Assembly: GCA_050916045.1 (NCBI GenBank)
Contig: CP051526.1
Coordinates: 2,528,001-2,592,000 of the forward strand
Direction of reading: 5' to 3'
DNA: 64,000 nt
DNA from: Tepidisphaera sp.
GTDB taxonomy: Bacteria; Planctomycetota; Phycisphaerae; Phycisphaerales; UBA1924
Numbering within the stretch: the stretch's first letter is position 1; the number at the start of each line of letters is the position of its first letter. Of the stretch, positions 37,577-44,373 are shown piece by piece. Made by a program: the position numbers and the translations under genes. The notes below the pieces were generated by a model. That model was not told where the DNA came from, ran no database searches, and saw nothing but the letters and a program-made list of their open reading frames with translations.

Positions 37577-38236
37577 TCAATACGTCGCCAGAAGCCCCGG
37601 CGTCAGCTTCGACCCGAACCACAAGACATCCCGCGCCCCCTTCGCGAACGCCTCACCACCCGTCAGCTCCAGCACCTTCGCCGTCTCCGGCGCGGTCGAC
37701 GTCGCCACCAACTCCGCCAGAACCTCACGCTGAAGCGGCGGATCCAGGAGCGGCTTGATGATCGCGCGATCCTCCCGCCCCGACGCCACCACACGCTGCA
37801 TCGACTCGCGATCATCCAGCGTAACCGCGAGATCGAACCACACCTCCGTCCGCTGCCCGTCCGCTCGCTTGGCTTTGACGTCATCTTCAAGCGTCGCGAG
37901 CAGCGCCGCAAGCCGCGGCCGCGCCAGCGACTTCACCGCTTCATCCTCGAGCGCCCGCATCGTCGTCCGGACCAAAGCCCGCTCCGGAATGCCACCCTCC
38001 GGCTGCGGCGTCACCGCTTTCTGCTCCCAAAGCCCGACCAGAAGCTCCGCCGACTCCGCGGCTTTCCCTTCCTCGCGAGCCGCTACCGACCGCACCACAC
38101 GAACCTGCCAGTCGTCCTGGCTCGCCTGCGCCTCCCGAGACAGCCCGCACCCGCCCAGACTCGCCCCGGCGACCAGCAAAAGCACCCCCGCCACCACCAG
38201 CACCAAACCGTCCCATCGAACCCGGAAAGCTCGCAT
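37577..38236 (-). CDS. Hypothetical lipoprotein (paralogue 1 of 3)
   Basis: SLGGC lipobox and GGAG RBS. Confidence 0.7.
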   Translation of the reverse strand: MRAFRVRWDGLVLVVAGVLLLVAGASLGGCGLSREAQASQDDWQVRVVRSVAAREEGKAAESAELLVGLWEQKAVTPQPEGGIPERALVRTTMRALEDEAVKSLARPRLAALLATLEDDVKAKRADGQRTEVWFDLAVTLDDRESMQRVVASGREDRAIIKPLLDPPLQREVLAELVATSTAPETAKVLELTGGEAFAKGARDVLWFGSKLTPGLLATY

Positions 38237-38376
38237 GACTCGACACTCCAAACCCACGACCCACAAACCCAGACCAGACCTTAGTTAGTACTTACTACTC
38301 TTTCAAGCCACCACCTGTTGCACCGCCCCCACAAAAATCACGCAAGTCTCGTATTTTGAACAACTTGCGCACCTCG

Positions 38377-38415
38377 AAAAAGCAAGCGGAGCCGACCCAA
38401 AGGGCCAGCTCCGCT
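38377..38415 (-). terminator. Intrinsic terminator
   Basis: AGCGGAGC...GCTCCGCT stem followed by TGCTTTTT on the minus strand. Confidence 0.65.
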
Positions 38416-38443
38416 CGGGGAACAGACGGTTTCGCGACAGGGA

Positions 38444-39745
38444 CTACTTCTTCTCGTTCTCGGTCTTCCACGAGTTCAGCAGGTTCCGCTCCTGGTCGTC
38501 CTTGATGCCCGAGCGCAGGTTGTCCTGCTTGGCGGGCGGGGTCGGAGCCGGCTTGCCCTGCTTGGCCGCCGCTTCCTCGGCCTGCTGGGTTGCCACCTTC
38601 GTGCGGAGCTCAACAGCTTTCGGCCACCACGCGAGGATCGCGGAAGCCGTCTCTTCGACGGACCGGAACTTCAAGCCCGCCGCGACCGCTTTGTCGTTCT
38701 TGCGGGTGTGGAAACCGGCCGTCTCGCCGTCCGGCGGCAGCAGGATCGGGAGCAGGCCCGCCGGCACCCCGTTCTTGCCAAGCCACTCGTACGAAACGTA
38801 CGTGAACGTCGCGTCGTCCTTGCCGCCGTTCTTCTTGGAAGCCGCGAGGCAGCCCGCCATCACCGCCGCGTTGGTCAGCTTGTCCTTGGGCCCGCAGACG
38901 TTCATCACGCCGACGGCTTTGTTCTCAAGGCACGTCACGACGAACTCCGCCAGATCGCGGACGTCGATGATCTGCACCGCGTCGTCGGCCGTGCCGGGCA
39001 CGAGCACCTCGCCACCCTTGCTCACGCGGACCGGCCAGTACGTGAACCGGTCCGTCGTGTCCCCGGGGCCGACGATGTACCCCGGGCGGAGGTTGGTCAC
39101 GCGTCCCGGCATCGCGGCTTCCGCCGCACGCTCGCACGCGGCTTTACCGGGGCCGTAATTCTCCATCTGGGCCCCGAACTGCTCGGTCGCGGGGTCGGAA
39201 AGGTCGCCCGTCGCGTCGCTCTCGTCCATGTTCGGCTTGTCGTTGGTCTTGTAGACGCTGAGCGTCGAGATGAAGACATACTGCCCGACGTTGGGGCCCA
39301 GCAGCTCCGCCGAGGCTTTCACCATGCGGGGGAAGTACCCGGACGTGTCCACCACGCCGTCCCACTTCTTGCCCTTGAGCTCATCCAGGCCCTTGGGCCC
39401 CTCGTTCTTCTCTTCGTCCGAGTGCTTCTCCGGATCGCGATTGCCGTAGAGCTTCTCGACGTTGTCCCGCGTGCCGACGTATTTCTCGCGGCGACCGCGG
39501 TTGAAGATCGTGACCTTGTGCCCGCGGGCCTGAGCCGCGTCGATGACCGCCGGCCCGAGGAAACCCGTGCCCCCGAGGATCAGGATCGAGAGCGGTTTGG
39601 CCGCTTTCTTCATCTCCTCGCGAGAAGGCGCGATCCACCGATTGGTCGCATCCGCCCGGGCCGCGACCCCAAGCCCCGCCACCGCCACCAAGCCACCCGC
39701 CGCACAAGCCGCCGAACGGGTCAGAAATTCACGACGTGTCGTCAT
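38444..39745 (-). CDS. Tat-exported NAD-dependent epimerase/isoflavone-reductase-like protein
   Basis: TRREFL twin-arginine signal, ILGGTGFLG, YGPGKAACE and IDVRDLA motifs. Confidence 0.88.
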   Translation of the reverse strand: MTTRREFLTRSAACAAGGLVAVAGLGVAARADATNRWIAPSREEMKKAAKPLSILILGGTGFLGPAVIDAAQARGHKVTIFNRGRREKYVGTRDNVEKLYGNRDPEKHSDEEKNEGPKGLDELKGKKWDGVVDTSGYFPRMVKASAELLGPNVGQYVFISTLSVYKTNDKPNMDESDATGDLSDPATEQFGAQMENYGPGKAACERAAEAAMPGRVTNLRPGYIVGPGDTTDRFTYWPVRVSKGGEVLVPGTADDAVQIIDVRDLAEFVVTCLENKAVGVMNVCGPKDKLTNAAVMAGCLAASKKNGGKDDATFTYVSYEWLGKNGVPAGLLPILLPPDGETAGFHTRKNDKAVAAGLKFRSVEETASAILAWWPKAVELRTKVATQQAEEAAAKQGKPAPTPPAKQDNLRSGIKDDQERNLLNSWKTENEKK

Positions 39746-39842
39746 TCCAATGCTCCGGAAAAATGAGCAGAAACCGGCCCACGCGCCAGCCCGCTCGCGG
39801 GGGACTCTACCGCCCCCCCTTTCTTCCGGTTGCAGCGACCCG

Positions 39843-41000
39843 TCAGTGCCCGCCGCCCGCCTCGGTCCCCTCGACAAACCCCGCGATCGCCCTCCCCAAA
39901 ACCCGGATCGCCCGGTGGTACTCCGTGATCGAGAGGTGCTCGATCGGCGTGTGGTCCAGAGCGCTGTCGCCCGGCCCGTACGCCACGATGTCGCACGAAG
40001 CTCCCCACCTGGGCCCCACGACGTTCATGTCGCTGGTCCCCGTCTTGGTCAACAGACGCGGCTTGGCCCCCTCCGCCCGCTGAGCGACCGACAGCGCCCG
40101 CACCAAGCCCGTGTGCCGCTCGGAGACATGGGCGATCTCATGCCCGCTGCACTCCAGCCGAGCCCCGACCGGTGCGCACTCCTCGCAGATCCGCTCCAGC
40201 ACCGCCGGCATCACCCCCGGCGGCAAGCGAAACCCCGCGACCGCTTCGACGCGATCAAAGAGGCCGTCCCCCTCGCTCCTCACGCTCCGAAGCGTCGCTT
40301 GCACCGTGCCGAACGCCCCCGTCTTCCCGGCGTTCATCGCTTCAACGCGTCTGAGCACCTCACCCCACCACGCGTGCATGTCATCCACGACGCCCGGACC
40401 CGGACCCGCCGTGTGCACCACCGATCGCGTCAGCGTGAACTTCGCGAGAAGCCGTCCCTTGTACCCCAGCGTCGTCGCATCCCAACCGCTCGGCTCGCCG
40501 ATGACGCACGCCCGTGGCGTGTACCGCCCCGCCGCCGCGCGGGCCCCCCTGCTCGTCGAGATCTCCTCTTCGACCGCTCCCACCACCACGACGCGCCACC
40601 CGGGCGGCAGCGACCCGCGCACGTTCGCCGCGGCGCACACAAACGCCGCCAGCGGCCCCTTCGCATCCACCGACCCGCGGCCGTAGAACAGATCCCCCTC
40701 CACTCGCACCGGCACATGCCCCGGCACCGTGTCGATATGCCCGAGAAGCACGATGTCCCGCACCCCGCGCTCGCTCCGAAGCGGGTCCCCGCTCGTCGAA
40801 GCGACAAAGCTCCCCGTCTCGTCGATCGCCGTGCGAAGGCCAAGCCCCGCCGCCCGCTCACGGAGGTACTCCACCGCAGGACGCTCGAACCGAGAGACGC
40901 TCGGCACTTCGATCAGCCCGCGAAGCAGCGAGAACGCCGCTTCGTCCGGCACCACGCCCGGAGCCGCCGTCTCAACTTCGACTTCCACGGGAACGCTCAT
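39843..41000 (-). CDS. lysK: [LysW]-lysine hydrolase (M20 family)
   Basis: LLGHIDTV, GRGSVDAKG, EEE, GTSDMN and YGPGDSALDHT motifs; operon context. Confidence 0.92.
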   Translation of the reverse strand: MSVPVEVEVETAAPGVVPDEAAFSLLRGLIEVPSVSRFERPAVEYLRERAAGLGLRTAIDETGSFVASTSGDPLRSERGVRDIVLLGHIDTVPGHVPVRVEGDLFYGRGSVDAKGPLAAFVCAAANVRGSLPPGWRVVVVGAVEEEISTSRGARAAAGRYTPRACVIGEPSGWDATTLGYKGRLLAKFTLTRSVVHTAGPGPGVVDDMHAWWGEVLRRVEAMNAGKTGAFGTVQATLRSVRSEGDGLFDRVEAVAGFRLPPGVMPAVLERICEECAPVGARLECSGHEIAHVSERHTGLVRALSVAQRAEGAKPRLLTKTGTSDMNVVGPRWGASCDIVAYGPGDSALDHTPIEHLSITEYHRAIRVLGRAIAGFVEGTEAGGGH

Positions 41001-41800
41001 TGGAAAACCGTCCCTTCACCACTCAAAGCGGCCGAAATCGGCACCCCGCTCCTCGCATCGCCGATGACGACGCGCCCCACGCCCCCCGCGAGAGCTTCGC
41101 CTGCGCCCATCACCTTCTTCTTCATCCGACCTTCCGCGAACTCCGCGAACTCGTCCACCGCATGCCGCGCTACCGACCGGATCAGCGTCGATTCATCCGG
41201 GAACTTGCGATAAAGCCCCTTGACGTTCGAAAGCAGCAGCAGCGTCTCGGCCCCCAGCGCTACCGCCGTCGCCGCCGCAGCCCGGTCCGCATCCACGTTG
41301 ATCGGCTCGCCCGCCGTCGAGATCCCGGGTGGGCTGAGCACCGGCGTGTAGCCATGCTCGACCAGGACCCTGATCAGGCCCGAATTAACCTTCTCGACCG
41401 TGCCCGTGTAGTCGTCTCGGATGATGACCGTCCGGCCCGATTCGACCGCGCGGACCGCGGCTTTGCGTTCGCCCTGCCAAAGCCGTCCGTCCATCCCGGA
41501 CAAGCCCACCGCGTTCACGCCGCGCCGCTGAAGCAACTCGACCATCCGCTGGTTCATCACACCCCGGCACGCCATCTGAAAAATCTCAAGCGTCCGGCGA
41601 TCCGTCCGGCGGCTGGTGTGCCCGCTCGGGCTGGTGATGAACTTCGCCGGGTGCCCGAGAGCTTCGGCAAGCGTGTTGGTCGCGTGCGATCCCCCGTGCA
41701 CAATCACGATCTGCTTGCCGGCTTTCACCAGCGCCGCCGCGTCCTCGCAGACGGCTTCCAGATCCACACCTTCGCCCCCGCCGATCTTGACCACAATCAT
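40997..41800 (-). CDS. lysZ: [LysW]-aminoadipate kinase
   Basis: VVKIGG, VHGGS, SPSGHTSRRTD, INVDADRAA and GRMKKK motifs. Confidence 0.92.
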   Translation of the reverse strand: MIVVKIGGGEGVDLEAVCEDAAALVKAGKQIVIVHGGSHATNTLAEALGHPAKFITSPSGHTSRRTDRRTLEIFQMACRGVMNQRMVELLQRRGVNAVGLSGMDGRLWQGERKAAVRAVESGRTVIIRDDYTGTVEKVNSGLIRVLVEHGYTPVLSPPGISTAGEPINVDADRAAAATAVALGAETLLLLSNVKGLYRKFPDESTLIRSVARHAVDEFAEFAEGRMKKKVMGAGEALAGGVGRVVIGDARSGVPISAALSGEGTVFQ

Positions 41801-41833
41801 GCCGCTCTCCTCGCGCCATCGCTTCCATCCGAC

Positions 41834-42877
41834 TCAGACCGGGTGAAGACCGGCGAACCCGAGCCCCGCTGTCTCTTCAAGGCCGCACATCAGGTTCATG
41901 CACTGCACCGCCGACCCCGCCGCGCCCTTCATCAGGTTGTCAATCGCCGAGATCACCACGATCCGGCCCCCGCCCTCCTCCACCTCGAACCCCACATCCA
42001 CGAAGTTCGTCCCCGCGACGATCTTGGGCTCGGGCAGTCGGTAAAGCCCCGTCTTGTCCTTGACGATCCGAACGAACGGCTCGGCCGAGTACGCTTCCCG
42101 AAACGCTTTCCAAAGCTCCTTCTCGTCCACGGGCCGCGTGGGAAACACGTGGGCCGTGCAAAGGACTCCCCGCACCATCTCGATCGACGTCACCGTCACG
42201 TGAAGGTCAAACCGCCCGTGCGGACCCATCACCTCCTGCTCAACCTCCGCCGCGTGCCGGTGGCTTGTCGGGGCGTACGTCCGCACCGCGCCCGATCGCT
42301 CGGGGTGATGGCTCCCCGCGTTGACGGCATTACCGCCCTCGCTGCTCCCGACCTTGAGGTCGCAGATCGCGGTCTTGATCAGGCCCTTGCGAGCCAGCGG
42401 GTAAAGCGCCATGTTCATCGCCGTCGCGTTGCACCCCACGCCGCTCGCAAGCTTGGCCCCCTTGAGCCGCTCGCGCTGAAACTCCGGCAACCCGTAGACG
42501 AACCGATCCAGCCACGCCCGCGCGCCGTGCGCCTCGCCGTACCACTTCTCATACGCCGCTCCGTCGCGGATCCGGAAGTCGGCGGAGAGATCGACGATCC
42601 GCGTCGCCAGGCTCGCGTACCGCTCGATCTGCTTGACCGCTTCCCCGTGCGGCAGGCAGAGGAAAATCACATCGCACGGTTCAAGCTCTTCCGGCCGCAC
42701 GAACTGAAGCTTGGTCCGCCCGCGCAGGTTCGGATGCGTGCTGAACACGAACGAACCCGCCTGCGACCGGCTGGTCACTTGCGCAACCTCCACGCCCGGA
42801 TGGTCCAGCAAAAGCCGGAGCACCTCACCGCCCCCGTACCCCGACCCGCCGACGATCGAAACCCGCAAACGACCCAT
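41834..42877 (-). CDS. lysY: [LysW]-aminoadipyl-phosphate reductase (ArgC family)
   Basis: GGSGYGGGE, DLSADFR, GVGCNAT, SHHPER and IDNLMKGAAG motifs; GAGGAG RBS. Confidence 0.92.
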   Translation of the reverse strand: MGRLRVSIVGGSGYGGGEVLRLLLDHPGVEVAQVTSRSQAGSFVFSTHPNLRGRTKLQFVRPEELEPCDVIFLCLPHGEAVKQIERYASLATRIVDLSADFRIRDGAAYEKWYGEAHGARAWLDRFVYGLPEFQRERLKGAKLASGVGCNATAMNMALYPLARKGLIKTAICDLKVGSSEGGNAVNAGSHHPERSGAVRTYAPTSHRHAAEVEQEVMGPHGRFDLHVTVTSIEMVRGVLCTAHVFPTRPVDEKELWKAFREAYSAEPFVRIVKDKTGLYRLPEPKIVAGTNFVDVGFEVEEGGGRIVVISAIDNLMKGAAGSAVQCMNLMCGLEETAGLGFAGLHPV

Positions 42878-42915
42878 GGCTCTCCTCTTCTCCGATGACT
42901 CACCCACCCGCTTGC

Positions 42916-43836
42916 TCAACCCACCCGCGTCGGCGCGGACGCCTTCACCTCGACCACCGGCCGCGTGCCGCGGTTCCTCCGACCGACCTCAAGCACATGC
43001 CCGATCATCAATCCAGGGATGTCCACGCCCGTCGGCTCGATCGAGTTGCGGAACTCCATCGTGTGATTGACCTCGCTGACGAGGTAACCGCGAGTGGGGT
43101 CCTCGAGCAAATCGATCGCCAGAATGCCCCCGTTCGCGTCCGCGCCGCAGATCGCCCGAGCGGTGCGACGGCAGATGTCCGCGAGCGGAGCATCAATCTG
43201 GAATCGACCGGCTTTGCCGCCCCGCGCGGTGTTGGTGATCCAGTGCTCGCTGTTCCGCACGATCGCCCCGATCGGCTCACCGCCGACCATGAAGACGCGG
43301 AGGTCGCGTCCGGGCTTGTTGACGTATTCCTGCACGTAGAAGACGCCGTGCTGAGGGCCGCCGAGGGTCTCCTTGTGCTCGACGACGGCTTCGGCGGCTT
43401 CGCGATCGTTGACGCGGGCAAGCAGTCGTCCCCAGGAACCGACGGTCGGCTTGAGCACCGAGGGGTATCCCATCTGCTCAACCGCACGCAGCGCCGCCGT
43501 CCCCTCGACGGCGACCTTGACGCGCGGCTGGGGGATCCCGGCGGCGGCCAGAGCGAGCGTGGTGCTCAGCTTGTCACCGCAGAGGTCGATGACGCGGGAG
43601 GGGTTGACGCACGGGACGCCGAAGCGCTCGAAAATGCGGACGGCCGCGAGAGCCTGCGTCTGGCTGATGCACCGCTCCATGACGACATCGAACCCGGCGC
43701 ACGGCCCCGGCTCATCGACATCCCAGACGCACTCGCGCACGTCGATCAGCTCGTGCTCGACGCACCGCCGCTGAAGCTCCTCCACCAGAAGCCGCTCCTC
43801 CACCCGAATCCGCGAATAAAGAACCGCAACGCGCAT
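42916..43836 (-). CDS. lysX: Alpha-aminoadipate--LysW ligase (ATP-grasp)
   Basis: YSRIRVEE, KPTVGSWGRLL, WITNTARG and EVNHTMEF motifs. Confidence 0.94.
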   Translation of the reverse strand: MRVAVLYSRIRVEERLLVEELQRRCVEHELIDVRECVWDVDEPGPCAGFDVVMERCISQTQALAAVRIFERFGVPCVNPSRVIDLCGDKLSTTLALAAAGIPQPRVKVAVEGTAALRAVEQMGYPSVLKPTVGSWGRLLARVNDREAAEAVVEHKETLGGPQHGVFYVQEYVNKPGRDLRVFMVGGEPIGAIVRNSEHWITNTARGGKAGRFQIDAPLADICRRTARAICGADANGGILAIDLLEDPTRGYLVSEVNHTMEFRNSIEPTGVDIPGLMIGHVLEVGRRNRGTRPVVEVKASAPTRVG

Positions 43837-43897
43837 GTGCCTGTGCCTTTCGAAGTGCCGACCGCCTCAACCAAACGCTGAATCTCTGGTGCCGCTC

Positions 43898-44083
43898 TTA
43901 TTCGCCCCAGTCTTCCTGCACCTGCGGAGCAAGCTCGACGCGAAGGGGCTCGACGCTCGTCACTTCAAGCTCGGCGGAGCACTCGCCGCAGCGGACCACC
44001 TCGCCCGCGAGGGGCCGACGCGTCAGCGTCACCGCACCCGCACACTCCGGACACTCGCAACCGATCGAAACCGTCGTCGACAT
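43898..44083 (-). CDS. lysW: Amino-group carrier protein LysW
   Basis: CPEC...CGEC zinc ribbon with C-terminal EDWGE; AAGGAG RBS. Confidence 0.96.
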   Translation of the reverse strand: MSTTVSIGCECPECAGAVTLTRRPLAGEVVRCGECSAELEVTSVEPLRVELAPQVQEDWGE

Positions 44084-44115
44084 CTGAAACTCCTTTGCAG
44101 CTGAAAGTCAGGGTG

Positions 44116-44155
44116 AAAAAACAGACAGGGCCCGCTCGGAACGCCCGGCGAGCCC
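44116..44155 (-). terminator. Attenuator terminator upstream of lysW
   Basis: GGGCTCGCCGG-GCGTT-CCGAGCGGGCCC followed by TGTCTGTTTTTT on the minus strand. Confidence 0.8.
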
Positions 44156-44189
44156 GTGAAAACCGACACGATGTCAGGTCACGAAAGCA

Positions 44190-44303
44190 TCAGCCCGGGC
44201 GTTTGGCGCCTTTGGCTTTTTTCGCTTTCATGAGTTTGGAGGCGGACGCGACAAGGCCCGGCGTGGTCGCCGCGGCTTCGTCGAGATGAGAATTCATCGC
44301 CAT
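44190..44303 (-). CDS. Lys-rich leader peptide MAMNSHLDEAAATTPGLVASASKLMKAKKAKGAKRPG (alternative starts 44297, 44231)
   Basis: Six Lys codons, all AAA, are clustered before TGA and immediately precede the antiterminator/terminator. Confidence 0.8.
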   Translation of the reverse strand: MAMNSHLDEAAATTPGLVASASKLMKAKKAKGAKRPG

Positions 44304-44311
44304 TCCGGGAA

Positions 44312-44341
44312 ACTCTAGCCCTGCACCCCTCCGCAAGTCAA
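44312..44341 (-). promoter_or_regulatory. Promoter of the lys operon leader
   Basis: TTGACT-N18-TAGAGT, 8 nt upstream of the leader ATG. Confidence 0.6.
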
Positions 44342-44373
44342 ACAAACCGGGCTTTGCCCGCCTTTCGGCCGTC

